Positions 39,881-52,806 of a stretch of DNA of 64,000 nt are shown piece after piece (positions within the stretch are counted from its first letter, which is position 1; every line of letters starts with the position of its first letter). Source of the DNA: Mobula birostris (taxonomy: Eukaryota); the NCBI RefSeq assembly GCF_030028105.1, contig NC_092390.1, positions 20,198,427 to 20,262,426 of the forward strand. Reading direction: 5' to 3'. The notes below the pieces were generated by a model. That model ran no database searches. It was not told the origin of the DNA and saw only the letters and a list, made by a program, of their open reading frames with translations. The position numbers were made by a program, and so were the translations under genes.

Positions 39881-40170
39881 AATGGGATCTTGGTCAGCAT
39901 GGACAAATCGAGCCAGGGATCTAGGTATTTCCATTCTGTATCACTTTACAAGTATATGAATAAGATAGATTAATTCACATTTCACAAATTCTTTATTGGC
40001 CATTTTTGATTATAATTGCAAACTCAAAATCATTTGGGAAGTTTTAAAGCTGTTTTCATGGTTTAAGGATTTATGAGTAACTTGTGCTGCATTTGACAGC
40101 AGGCCAAGAGACCGGAGGATTTTGACTACTTGAAGAGGAGGGGACTTTAATGTGTTGCTGCCTGCAGGAG

Positions 40171-40554
40171 CACTGCCTAACACAAAAGTCACCCACTGTA
40201 TACGTTACACTGTCTAACACAACAGTCACCCACTGCACACGTTACACTGTGCCTAACAGTCACCCACTGCACGTTACACTGTGCCTGACACAACAGTCAC
40301 CCACTGCACACGTTACACTGTGCCTGACACAACAGTCACCCACTGCACACGTTACACTGTGCCTGACACAACAGTCACCCACTGCACACGTTACACTGTG
40401 CCTGACACAACAGTCACCCACTGCACACGTTACACTGTGCCTGACACAACAGTCACCCACTGCACACGTTACACTGTGCCTGACACAACAGTCACCCACT
40501 GCACACGTTACACTGTGCCTGACACAACAGTCACCCACTGCACACGTTACACTG
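40171..40554. repeat. 39-bp minisatellite, ~10 copies
   Basis: Unit ctgacacaacagtcacccactgcacacgttacactgtgc; ~7 perfect copies on the right, degenerate copies on the left. Confidence 0.97.
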
Positions 40555-41357
40555 CGGAGCAGAGCAAAAACACTCAGGGAATCCAATTACCATGTAAAGA
40601 GGAATAATAAAACCTCAGCAAATGAAAGATGTTCACTTGTTTGAATCCTGTCTAAAAATAGAATGTTAATAAACATTAATCCTCATTAGAACAAATGCCA
40701 AACGCAATGGAAATTATGAACCATTTGACATGTTGCAAATGAAAGCTGTTGAATTTCCGTCCACTGCTTTTCATCTTCACACTCCTACTTTCATGAGTAT
40801 TAATAGACCACATCACGTTTAGAGATTGAATAGTAGATCTTTTGCATAATCTTTGTGGCTACAAACGTAACTGAAAATCTACATTGGTCTCCGTGACCGA
40901 CCCAAACCTGCCATTAATAATGCTGTCTGGTGAGCGAGTTGTAAATTGTCAGTTTTCTTAACTGACATATTGGATAAAAGCATAAGAATCAGGAGTGAGA
41001 ACGGGGCATACAGCCCCTTCCTCCTGATGTGTCAAGGAGATCACGGCAAATCTCTTGTCTCAAGAAATAACAGAGACCCACTCAAGGATCTCTCCTTGTG
41101 GCTGAGTCTTACACATTTTAACCTGTGTAAGGCTCATTCCTAATCCTTTCTCACCCCCTACTTCCAACACAACAGGCCCCTTTTCAGCTTACTTCCAAAA
41201 AGCACAATTATCACCATCCTTCCCCCAACAAGGTTACAGGCAGGCTATTCTCACACACCTTGGCACCAGGAGATGGAGGATTGTTTTGTGATTGAATCCC
41301 TCTGACCAGTGGTGTCCCACAAGTATCGGCCTTGGATACCTTGCTGATTGTAAGATA

Positions 41358-41916
41358 CACTCCGTGTCCACTTTACTAGGTACTTCCTGTGCCTAAAAAG
41401 GTGGCCAGTGAGTTATGTTCATGGTCTTCTGCTGCTGTGGCTCATCCATTTCAAGGTCAAACATGTTGTTCATCCAGAGATGCTCTTCTGCACACCAATG
41501 TTGTATTGCGTGGTTATTTGAATTACTATCGCCTTCCTATCAGCTGGCCACTCTCATCAGCACTTTCTCATTAACGAGGCGTTTTTGCCCATAGAACTGC
41601 CGCTCACTGGATGTTTTTAGTTTTTTGCACCATTCTCTGTATACCCTAGAGACTGTTGTGTGTGTGTAAATCCCAGGTGATCAGTAGTTTCTGAGATACT
41701 CAAACCACCCTGTCTGCCACCAACAATCATCCCACGGTTAAAGTCACCTAGATCACATTTCTTCCCCATTCTGATATTTAGTCTGAACAAAAACCAAACC
41801 ACTTGACCATGTCTGCGTGCCTTTATGCATTGAGTTGCTGCCACATGATTGGTTGATCAGATATTTGCATAAATGGGCAGATGTACAGCTGTACCCAATA
41901 AAGTGGCCACCGAGTG
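41358..41916 (-). mobile_element. Second internally deleted Tc1 element, same family as 16294-16832
   Basis: TA|cactccgtgtccactttactaggtac ... tacccaataaagtggccaccgagtg|TA; MGKKCDLGDFNRGMIVGGRQGGLSISET. Confidence 0.88.
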
Positions 41917-42319
41917 TACATGAATGTCTTCAAAGTGGATGCGGGAAGCGAGTTTAGTAAGCCTGTGGAAGAGCTGAACAGCGGTGGAGCTTTTGACAAC
42001 GTGGAAGGCTGCAGGGAGATGTTGGTGAAACTGGCAGAAAAATGACAGGTGGAGATTATTCCAAACAAATGTGAAGCGATGCGTTTTGTGAGAACCAGTG
42101 GAGGACTGGATACTGTTGGAGAGATAGCCTCTCTGGGAACATAGCAGCAGTGGCCAGATCAGTGACTCCATGAGTGGCTCACGACGGAGGTGATGGACAA
42201 ATTGGGCAAAGCCCAGGAGAGCAGTAATGATGCAGGCCTTCTCATCAGGGCCACAGACAGGCAGTTCTCCTGTGTCTCTGTTTTGGAAAGGCAAGGAATA
42301 GCCAGCATGGTTTTGTGTG

Positions 42320-43120
42320 TGAGAAACTGTGTCATGTAAATTTAATTGAACTTTTTTGAAGAGGTGATTATGAAGATCGATGAGAGGAGGGTGTAGCTGT
42401 GGTCTACATTGACTTTAGCAAGGCCCTTGGCAATGTCCCTTGTGGTAGGCTGAACTGGAAGGTGAGAGCATAGGGAATGTAAATTGGATACAAAATTAGC
42501 TTGGAGGAGGGAGGCAGAGGGTGGCAGTGGAGGTTTTTTTTTTCAGTTTGGAGGCCTGTAACCAGCAGTGTGCCACAGATATTAGAGGTTTGGATACACT
42601 GCTGTTTGTTATATATTAACGATTTGGATGACAATGTTTTTAATATGGAGCAACACACAAAGAAACTCAGCAGGTCAGGCAGCATCTATGGAGGGAAATG
42701 GACAGTGAACTTTTCAGGTTGATACTCTTCATCAGGGTTGTAAAGAAAGAGGGAGGCTGGTGTAAAAGGTAGGGGGAAGGGGGTGGAGTAAGAGCTGGTG
42801 GGTGATAGCTGGATCCAAGAAAGATGGTGATGGCAGGAATGGGAGGAGGGAGAACCAGTGTACAAGTCCAAGGATCCTCGAAAATGGCAGCGCAAGTAAA
42901 TAAGACATGAAGAAAGAATATGGGACACTTATGTTCATTACCCAGGTCTTAGAATACAAGAGCATCAAGTTTACAGTATAACGATAAGAAACAATGGTAG
43001 GCCAGAACTGGAATACTTGTTTACAGCTCTAGTCATCACACTGTGGGAAGGAAGTGATTGAATTGGAGACCGTGCAGAGAATATGTACCAGATGTGCCTA
43101 GGATAGAGCGTTACAGTTAT
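42320..43120 (+). mobile_element. CR1 RT fragment with an inserted Penelope pLTR (~42648-42855, minus)
   Basis: NLIELFEEV, YIDFSKA, WRPVTSSVPQ, YINDLD. Confidence 0.75.
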
Positions 43121-44060
43121 AGTGACGGACAATAGTTTTCCATGCACTGAAATCTCGTTTTCCTTGGTGGTGCAAGACTAGGAATTAGGAAGAACTGTCT
43201 GATTAGCCGAAGTGTGTGGCTGTGGAGCAGATTTGTGCAGGAGGGACTGCAAGTGCATCTGAGGGAAGATGCAGTGTGATCTAGGAGGGGGACTGACTTG
43301 AAGAAAGACTCTAAAAGGACAAAGTCCAATCATGAAAGAACAAAGATTAGGGGAATGGCAAATAAGGAGTCAGTTCACTGGAGTTCACAATCATTTAGGC
43401 AGAAGTTCAACTGGATATAACTGAAGTAGATAGAATGTGGTATGGACTCTTTGACCCATTGGTTTTGAATAGATTTATTTGTTGTAGGAAAACAGTGCAC
43501 AAGAATTTAAATAAGTATGTTTCATCAGAAGTTCTCCTTATTCGATGGCCTCAAAGCAGAGGGCATCTCCACCAGTGCAAATTCCTTTTGGTTTCAACTC
43601 AGCAGCAGGAGGATTTATATAGAATTATATGATATTTTAAATTTTGTTTGATGCAAATCATTTACACACTGCAAGTCATGAGTATAAATACAGGAAATGT
43701 TTTCAACATCAATCCATAAAGTGGAAAAAGGAAGCAAAATGTGGAAAAGAAACTCCTCATTTTATAGTTTACACAAAGCTGCCCTATGGTGTGGTCGGCT
43801 CTATATTCCAGATAATTGTCAAACAGTTCTGCTGGAATTTTATTTGTTCTGGACTGGTATGCTCTGCAGCATTAGTAAAAGATTAGTAAAAGTGATTGAT
43901 CTTCCATTAGCTCAATCACTTAAGACATTATTATCTAAAGTAAGCCTTTCAAGTGCTTTTATTGAGGCTGAGGGATGAGACAGTATTAGTTTGTGCATAT
44001 CCGAGGAAGAAATGTTATCAATTGTAAAACATGACATTAAATAAGATATAATAAAGTTAC

Positions 44061-44177
44061 CTGTGGTACTATTATACCCAACAAGAGAGCAGCCATAGCC
44101 GCATGGTGTGCCAAGAACCAATTCAAGACCGTATCTGTGCACCCACGGACATAGATGGTACTAAGTAGACTGAGGCG
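44061..44177 (-). CDS. TSPAN15: TSPAN15 coding exon (exon 7 equivalent), end of LEL and start of TM4
   Basis: 117 nt, ttttatccacag|CGC...CAG|gtaact; translates RLSLLSTIYVRGCTDTVLNWFLAHHAAMAALLLGIIVPQ (IYVRGCT motif). The ORF track shows a different frame here. Confidence 0.95.
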
Positions 44178-44200
44178 CTGTGGATAAAAGCATGAAATAT

Positions 44201-44410
44201 GGGTGTCAGCCTTGACTCAGTTGACAGAACACACACCTAAGATTTAGAAAGTTGTGCTCGAGGGACAGGAGCTGACATTCTAATGCTGCAGTGTCAGAGG
44301 TGCTGATGTTCAGAAGAGGTATTAAATTCTCTGCCTCTCACATGGACGCAAAGGATGTGATTGCACTGATTTGTAGAAGAGCAGGGGATTTATTCCCTGT
44401 GCCCTGTGCT
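44201..44410 (+). mobile_element. DeuSINE (SacSINE1/AmnSINE-like) remnant
   Basis: gctgcagtgtcagaggtgctgatgttcagaagaggtattaaa...ctgcctctcacatggacgcaaaggat...gcactgatttgtagaagagcagggga resembles the recalled Deu-domain consensus. Confidence 0.6.
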
Positions 44411-44619
44411 TTAAGCTTGGGATAAACCACATGCTGTACATATATAGCAGCCAGAGCCAGTGACGAGCTTGCAGGAAAGACTTCAAAATAGTAACTACAC
44501 ATGCATATGCCTTGAGAATCTGAAGCTTGCTCATGCAAAGAATTCAAAACTGCAGAGAACTTGGAAGTAAAGAGTGTGAGAAGCTTGCACCAGACATCTA
44601 ACATGAAAAATATATGGAC

Positions 44620-45005
44620 ATAAGAGATTCTGGAAGTCTGGAGCAACACACAGCAAGCCAGGCTGCATCTGTGGAGGGAAATAAACAGTTCTAGTGAAGG
44701 GTCTCTGCTTTTTGTAATAAACATTGGCTGTTCACTTCCATCTGTAGATGTTAGCCAACCTACTGAGTTCCTTCTGCATTTAGTATGCAATGATAATTAC
44801 AGCATTAGTAATAGGACCTGGAAGCAAATCATACACTATATGGGTTGAATCACAAGCAAGGGAAAATCTGCAGATGTTGGAAATCAAAGTAATACACACA
44901 AGATGCTGGGGGAACTCAGCGGCATCTATGGAAAAGAGTGAGACCCTTCATCTTCCATTGATGCAGCCCGGCCTGCTGAGTTCCTCCAGCATTTTGTGTG
45001 TAACA
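44620..45005. mobile_element. Two adjacent fold-back Penelope pLTR remnants
   Basis: For example acacacaagatgctgggggaactcagc...gctgagttcctccagcattttgtgtgt (44892-45001) is self-complementary. Confidence 0.75.
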
Positions 45006-45206
45006 CAGTATGTGGGCTTCAAAAGCATGTTATTGTAATCACTTAAGGTGCAAGACATGGGTCCAGGAAGCAGCACGATAACCCACCTGAGTACATGGAC
45101 CCATCTACTGTGCGATATGTGGGTTTCATATGAGCAAATTGTCTGCTCCAGGTGGACAGTCATAACCAGGAAGTTATTTATTGAAAGATCTCAGAATTTG
45201 CTTTGG

Positions 45207-45560
45207 CATCATCATCATCAGGTGCCGTGCCCAGTTTGAGCTTTGACTGCCATGGCCCACACACTCCTGTTTCGGGTCAAGTGGATCAGTTCATTGGTAT
45301 TCATTTCCAATTCTCTGGCTGCTGTCTCCATCATCATTTGTCTTTGTCTTCCTCTTGCTTTCTTCCCTTCCACCTTCCCCATAATTACCATGCATTCTAA
45401 CTCCTCTTTCCTAATCACATGTCCAATGAAATTACGTTGCCTTTTCATGATCTCATACATTATTTCTCTGTTCGCGTTTGCTCTGTTCATGACGTCCTCG
45501 TTAGATATTTGTTTCGTCCATGATATGCTTTGCATCCCCCTCAAAAACCACATTTCATAG
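45207..45560 (-). mobile_element. RTE-clade LINE 3' end with (GAT)n tail
   Basis: EMWFLR.M..ISWT..ISNEDV...FIGHVIRK...GKVEGKKARGRQR; tail tgatgatgatgatg. Confidence 0.88.
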
Positions 45561-45602
45561 TGCCCTTTCATGTCTATGCAGCAAGAGCATTACTTAATTA
45601 CT

Positions 45603-45885
45603 TAGGAGCAGCATGGTAGCATAGCAGTCAGTGTAGTGCTTTACAGCACCCGTGAAGAGTTTGTACATTCTCCCAATGACTGCGGCGATTTCCTCTGGGT
45701 GGTCTAGTTTCGTCCTATATTCCAAACGCGTGTATGGGTTCGGGTTAGTAAGTTATGGCATGCCATGTTGGCCCCGGATACACAGCGACACTTAGCACAT
45801 CTTTGGGCTCCTTTGGTTGTTGACACACACGATGCACTTCACTGTATGTTTCAATGTACACCGGAAAAATAAAACTAATCTTTAA
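45603..45885 (+). mobile_element. V-SINE/HE1-like SINE with Rex1-like tail
   Basis: gcagcatggtagcatagcagtcag...gagtttgtacattctcc...tttcctctgggtg...; tail actgtatgtttcaatgtaca..aataaaactaatct. Confidence 0.7.
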
Positions 45886-46559
45886 AACTCTAAAACATTA
45901 TGACTGAGAGTAGAATTACCTCATTCACATTTCTAAAAATGAATTCTCATTATATGAACATTGTCTTCAGGCCATTTATTGCTAACCCCTTGGTCTTCAG
46001 AAGCTTCTTCTTGCATTACTATACTCCAAATTGACTTTTTATGTTGCTAGTTACAAATACAAGTATCTTTCTAAGTGGCTGATATCTCCCCTACTGCTGG
46101 AGCAATTCCCGTCTCCATTGTGAGGGGCAATCACCTTCTGAAAGCTTTGCAAATTCAGTTCTTTTGCCCTATATAGCCAACCAAGGCTGTATTGTGATCT
46201 CGGCAAAATGGTGTTCTTAAAAAAGCAGAATAATCTGGCATCTGAAGCCATTTCATTCTATCATAGTTTGCAGCAAAGAGTTGGACGATGTGCTTATGTG
46301 GCACTTATTCACCTTTAACCTCCTCTTTGGTGCTTTGTTTGGTGGCGGGGGGGGGGGGTGTAGTGTGCCATCATCACTCAGCACCACGTCCCACTGTGGC
46401 ATAGAACAAAAAGCCAACTTCTGAAATGGCAGGAGAGTTACTGTCACTGACTGTGTGAAAAGGCAAAATGCAAGTCAATGAGAATGAAGGAAAAGTGTCT
46501 CCACCATGGTCAGACCTGGACTAAGATAAGGTCATTTTGTTGTTGGATGCCCGTCATTC

Positions 46560-47555
46560 TGTTATGTATGCATGGAGCAAGATCAACAACAGAGAAGTAT
46601 GATTAAACGTTTTCACTGAGTCCTGCTAATACCTGTACATGTTGTGAAACGTATGGTGCAGGAGCCAAGATAAAAACATGTGCACCCAAAAGCCTTTGCT
46701 TAAGGAGAGAGCCTTCCACAATCAGGAGGCCCAGTTGATTCACCATGCTATCAAATGGCTGCACGTTCACCTGCCACATTCTCACAACTGACCTGAAGAT
46801 CTGATACTCTACATCCACCCCATGATAATAGAAACCGCAGAGGAAGGGAAATAAGTGAGGTAAACAGAGAAAAATAATGAACTATCTATCCCGCTTGGTA
46901 GCGGTCAACTGGCTGGTGCACCCTTTTGGACAGTCGCAGGCAGGCAACGTCCCTCCCTGTGCCTTCCTGGTTAGCTGATGTTGAGGACAGTGGACTGTGA
47001 ATCTCCTCTTTTCCTGATGAACCATCCATTAGATTATCTGCGGGGATGCAGGTTCCATCCGCAGAGGATACTTCCATAGCTTTGCTGGTGTGTATGATTC
47101 AAATGTTGCCTTTTAATTTTTCAGTCTGTCAGCTCAAGTTCAAGCTGGTAGCCAGCTTGCACCACGCCAGTGTACGTTTTGTCACTGGCACCAAACAATC
47201 ACGACCTGGCAGGTGTACCATATTTTTGTTTCAAGGCCTCTTGCTTGCTACAAATTTGCTCCAGGCCGGTTGGTTGTAGATCTTCTCTTTGTAGTCAGTC
47301 AAGTTTGTCTTCTACCTTTTGGACACACTGCATAAGGCAATGTAAAACACTGGCTGGCAGTTCTTCTTAAACTTGAACTTAGCCACCAGGCCCTAAAAGT
47401 TGATCCAAAGCATCAGCCTGGAAAACTTGCTGGTGATTTTGTATAGAGAATTTGATGCAGGGCTCCCCCCAATAGGATGGACAGTCCAGCTGCAGGATGT
47501 CACAGAGAAAATTCTTCAAACCTTATCTTCCATCATAATGTCACAAGTGAGGAAG
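46560..47555 (-). mobile_element. Gypsy LTR retrotransposon 3' end: integrase C-terminus, PPT and 254-bp LTR (46560-46813)
   Basis: LRLSKRVHQPVDRY* resembles Gypsy pol ends; purine tract ggggtgga directly precedes TGTAGAG...ATAACA. Confidence 0.6.
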
Positions 47556-47559
47556 TTAG

Positions 47560-50500
47560 ACCATAAGACAGAAGCAGAGAAGCAGAATTAGGCTATTCAG
47601 CCCATTGAGTTGGCTTTGCTATTCGATAATGCGTGAAATATTTTCCCTCTCAACCCCCTTCTTCCCATAGCCTCTGACACCCTTATTAATCAAGAACCTA
47701 TCAATCTCCACTTTAAATATGCCCAAAGACTTAGCCTTCGCAGCTGGCTGTGGCAATGATTTTCAATGATTCACCTTCTTCTGGTGAAACAAATTACTCC
47801 TAATCTCTGTTCTCTTTCTATTCCCTGCATTCTGGTCCCAGACTCTCCCACTAATGGAAACATCCTCTCCACATCCACTCTATTTAAACGTTTCAGTATT
47901 TGATATATTTTGATAAGATTCTCTCCTCCCCATTCTAGCAAACTCCAGCGAGTACAGGCTCACAGTCGTCAAACGCTACCCATACAGTATATTAACTCTT
48001 TCATTCCTGGGTTCAATTTCATAAACCTCCTCGGGATCCTCTGCAATGCCAACACATCCTTTCATAGATCTGGGGCCCAAAACTACTCTCAATACTTCAA
48101 GTGATGTCTAACCAATGCCTTATAAAGCCTCAGCAATACATCCTTGCTTTTATGCTCCTGTCCTCTAAAAATAAATGCTAACATTGCATTTGCCTTCCTT
48201 ACTAACAGCTCAACCTGCAAGTTAACCTTTAGGGAATCCAGCACAAAGGTTCCCAAGTCCCTTTGACCTCCAGTTTCGGTATTTGCCTACTCTGTATTCA
48301 ATCCGCCACTTCTTTGCCCAGTCTCCTGATCTGTCCAAGTCCTTCTGCAGACTCCCCGTTTCCTCAACACCACCTGCCCCTCCACCTATCTTTGTATCAC
48401 CCCCAAACTTAGCTGCAAAGCCATCAATTCTGTCATCCAAATAATTTACATATAACATGAAAAGAAGCGGTCCCAACACCGATTCCTGCGAAACACTGCT
48501 ATTCACAGACATCCAAGAAAAGGCCCCTTTTATTCCCACTATTTGTTTCCTGCCAGTCAGTCAATCATCTATCTATACTAGCGTCTTTCCTGTAATACCA
48601 TGAGCTCTTATCTTGTTAAGCAGCCTCATGTGTGGTACCTTGTCAAAGGCCTTCTGAAAATCCAAGTAAACAACATCCACTGGCTCTCCTTTGTCTATCC
48701 TGTCTGTTATTTCCTTAAAGAATTCCAACAGATTTGTCAGACAAGATTTCCCCTTAAGGAAACCACGCTGACTTCAGCCTATTTTATCATGTGCCTCCAA
48801 GTGTTCCAAAACCTCATCCTTAATAATGGACTCTAACATCTTGCCAACTACAGAAGTCAGACTAACAATTCCGTCTTTTGCCTCCCTCCCTTCTGAAAGA
48901 GTGGTGTGATATTTGCAAATTTCCAGCCCTCTGGAACCATTCCAGAATCTAGAGATTCTTGAAAGATCATTATTAATGCCTCCATGATCTCTTCAGCTAC
49001 CTCTTTCAGAACCTTGGCATGTAGTCCATCTGGTCCAGCTGACTTATCTACCTTCAGACTTTACACCTGCCCAAGCACCTTCTCCTTAGTAATAGCAACT
49101 ACACTCACTTTTGCCCCGTGACACTCTAGAATTTCTGGCATACTGCTGTTGTCCTCACAGTAATAACTAATACAAAATACTTACTGAGTTCACCTGACAT
49201 TTCTTTGTCCTCCATTACTGCCTCTCCAGCATCATTTTCCAGTGGCCTGATATCTTCTCCTGTCTCGCTTTTACTCTTTATATCTGAAAAGACTTTGGGT
49301 ATCTTTTTTATATTCTTGGCTAGTTTATCTTCATATTTCATCTTTTCTCACATTACTTATTTAGTTGTCTTTGGTTGATTTTTTAAAAGCTTCCCACTAT
49401 ATTTTGCTGTATTGTACGCCCTCTCTTTGGCTTTTACAGTGTCTTTAACTTCCCTTGTTGACCATCAATGCCTCATCCTTTTAGAAGATTGTTCCTTCTT
49501 TGGGATGAACCAATCCTGCATCTTCTGAATTACTTCCAGGAACTCCAGCTATTGCTGCTTTGCAATCATCCTGCTGGTGTCCTCTTCCAATCAACTTTGA
49601 TCAGCTCTTCTCTCATGCCTCTGTAATTCCCTTTACTCCACTGTAATACTGATACATCTAATTTTAGCTTCTCCCTCTCAAACTGCAAGGTAAATTCTAT
49701 CATATTACAATCACTCTCTCCTAAGGGTTCCTTTACCTTAAGCTCTCAAATCAAATCTGGTCCATTACACAACACCCAATCCAGAATTACCTTTTCCCTA
49801 GTGGGCTCAACCACAAGATGCTCTAAAAGTCCAAGCCTGGGCATTCTGCAAATTATTTTTCTTGGAATCCAGCACCAACCTGATTTTGCCAATCATATTA
49901 AAATCCCCCATGACTATCCCCCATTGCCCTTTTTACATGCCTTTTCTATCTCCCATTGTAATTTGTACCCCACATCCTAGCTACTGTTTGGAGGCTTGTA
50001 CAGTATACAACTCCCAGCAAGGTCTTTTAACACTTGTAGTTTCTCAACTCTACCCATAAGGATTCTACATCTTCTGATCCTATGTGACTTTTTTCTAAGA
50101 GTTTGAGTTCAGATTTTACCAACAGAGTCACCCCACCTTCGCGCACTTGTCTGACCTTTAGATATGATGAGTATGCTTGGATGTTAAGCTCTCAGCTCCG
50201 ATCTTCTTTCAACCACGACTCTGTGATGCCCACAAGGTCCTTCCTGCCAACTTGTAATTGAGCTACAAGGTCATGTGGCTTATTATGTAGACAGCATGCA
50301 TTCAAATATAACACCTTCACTCCTGTATTCATCGCCCTTCCTTTCAGTTTTGTCTCCATGTTGCCTGTAGTTAAATTCTAATCCTTGTCTAAACTTTTTG
50401 TCTTATTCTTTAAGCTGGAGATGTCAGTAACCTCTCCTGCACTTTCCTTCCCTTTTACTTTACTAAGACCTTTCAAAGCTATTGAACTCCCCCTCCCCCT

Positions 50501-51430
50501 GCTATTTAGTTTAAAGCCCTACTTACACCCCTAGTTATGTACGTGATTCACTCGGACCCTGGTGCCAGCATGGATTAGGTGGAGCCCACCCATTAGAACA
50601 GCTTCCTTCTTCCTCAGTGTTGGTGCCAATGTCCCACAAATTCAAACCCACTGCTCCAACACCAACCTCTATCTTATTAGCCCTGCGCCAATTCGCATGT
50701 GGCTCAGGTAACAATCCAGAGATTATTACCCTTTTATTCTGTATTTTAATTCAGTCCCTAGCTGCTCAAATTTCCTCAGCAGAACCTCTTTCCTAGTTCT
50801 TCCTATATCATTGGTATCCACATGGACCATAACAACTGGATCTTTCCCCTCCCACTCTAAATTCCTGAGCAGGTCAGATGAGATGTCCCGAACCCAGGCA
50901 TCAGGCAAACAACACATCTTCTGGGAATCTCGATCCTTGTGACAGAGGATTGTGTCTATTCTCCTGACTACGCTATCCCTAAGTTCGACTATGTACAGCA
51001 TGTATATTTCTCTCCTCTACCCTACCCCCGAATGGCTCTCTGAACCATAGTGCACAGTTCAGTAGCTCGTCCTTCCTACAGCCCCTATTCTCATCTTCAC
51101 AGGGAGCAACGATCTCAGACCTGTTGGGCAAGCTCGAGGACTGAGGCTCCTCCATCACTACCTTTTGGATATCCCTATCTGCCTCACCTACAGTCATATC
51201 TCTTGTTCCTGGCTACAGACCACATTTGAAGTAGTTAATCTAAAGGGCGTGACTTCCTCCTGAAACAGTGTCCAGGTAACTTTCCTCCTCCCTGATGCAT
51301 CACAGAGTTTGAAGCTCAGATTCCAGGTCATCAACTTTGAGCCTGAATTCCTTAAGCAACAGAGAGTTACTGCAGACGTGGTCACCAGGAACTAAACTGA
51401 CATCCACAATCTCCTACATAATGTAGCTAC
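47560..51430 (-). mobile_element. Near full-length decayed CR1 (ORF1 esterase + ORF2)
   Basis: ORF 50726-51001 (RDSVVR..CCLP.AWVRD..VHVDTNDIG); 49126-49341; 48222-48539 RT; 3' tail at ~47560. Confidence 0.9.
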
Positions 51431-51493
51431 AGCACGAGGTCCACCGTCTCTTACATAGTGCAGCTATTTCACGAGGTCCACCATCTCCTATAT

Positions 51494-52279
51494 CAGGGGT
51501 CCCCAACCTTTTTTTTGCACCGCGGACCGGTTTAATATTGACAATATTTTTGCGGACCGGCCGACGAGGTGTTGGGGGGGGGGGGTGTTAATTACGACTG
51601 GAATATAGGTGATAAGTCAACTAAGTCACTTATAAGTGGCTAATACACTCAATTTCGTTTCTAAAAGGGTTTATCTAACAAATTTAATATTAAACACACA
51701 ATGCATATTTTCCCCGTATGAACATATACAATCATTGCAACACACCAATATCGCTGAATCAGTGGGAGCCCTGGGCTTCTTTCCTGCAACAAGACGGTCC
51801 CATCAAGGGGAGATGGGAGACAGCGATACTCGAAGGGGGTTCCTTATGACCAGTCTATTCCTCAATTTAGTTTTTGTTGCATTCGTTGCAGAAAAGCCCG
51901 CTTCGCAGAGATACGTTGGAAATGGAAGCAACGTTTTCAGTGCTTTCGTGGCTATCTCAGGATATTTAACCTCGACTTTGATCCGGAATGCCGGCAGAGA
52001 TGTTATGCCAAACATACTTTTCAGCCCGCCATCATTTGCAAGCTCGAGGAGTTGATCTTTCCGCACTGACATGGATGACGTGGGTCATGACCTCATGTGG
52101 GTAATGAGCTCGCGTGCGTAATGACGTCGCGTGCGTTCAAGTTCCAACAATGGGCGTGACAGGGAATGAGGAAAGGTGCAGCTGACTCATATCGCCAAAT
52201 CATATAGCTTCCTCATGGCCCAGCAGCACATGCTTTGCGGCCCAGTACCAGTCCACGGCCCGGTGGTTGGGGACCACTG
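51494..52279 (-). mobile_element. hAT/Charlie (MER1-like) deletion derivative with transposase C-terminus
   Basis: TIRs caggggtccccaacc / ggttggggaccactg; 8-bp TSD tcctatat/tcctacat; hATC motif YPEIATKALKTLLPFPTYLCEAGFS...KTKLRNRL. Confidence 0.93.
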
Positions 52280-52758
52280 TCCTACATAGTGCAGCTGCAG
52301 CGCACATTTGCTGCTCCTCAAATGCACATATGGACTGACAAATGCGTCTCAGAATGCACAATAAAATACAATGCAACAACTCATCAATGGTTTTGATGAC
52401 CTTCCAAACTTGCAACTTTACCACCCAGAAAGTCAAGCATGTTTGGGAAAACTACAACTGCATTTTCTCTTTCAAGTCGTTCTCTACCTTGGTACGTACT
52501 GTAAATCAATCAACATTGCTTTATCATTGCTGGGTCTCTATACCCACCCATACAGTGGGAATATTTTTACTGGAAGAAGATTGAACTGCTCAATACTATC
52601 TACTGCACTGCAGTTAGGAATGAACAATTAATGCCTGTGTCACTCACATCCCCTCAAATGCATAGTGACCAGTGCATCACTCATAGTCGAGAAGGAAAGG
52701 AAATAGAAAAGCTTGCTGGAAGTAGAGTGGAGAATAAATTACTTTTAAAGATACTTAC

Positions 52759-52806
52759 ATGTTTGTTAAGAGTTTTATATCCGCACATTGTGTTGACAAC
52801 ATCCAT
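52759..52806 (-). CDS. TSPAN15: TSPAN15 48-nt coding exon (exon 6 equivalent); absent from ORF track
   Basis: ctttttcatttcag|ATG...CAT|gtaagt; translates MDVVNTMCGYKTLNKH (human TEVVNTMCGYKTIDKE, recalled); phase 0. Confidence 0.95.

Noticed and set aside
40171-40554. CRISPR-like array or repeat protein (ORFs 40150-40644, 40260-40586, 40281-40607)
   Set aside because: Units are contiguous and identical with no unique spacers, there are no cas genes and the context is eukaryotic. The ORFs arise because 39 is a multiple of 3 and the unit lacks stops in those frames.
43912-44142. 76-aa minus-strand ORF
   Set aside because: Wrong-frame overlap of the real TSPAN15 exon 44061-44177.
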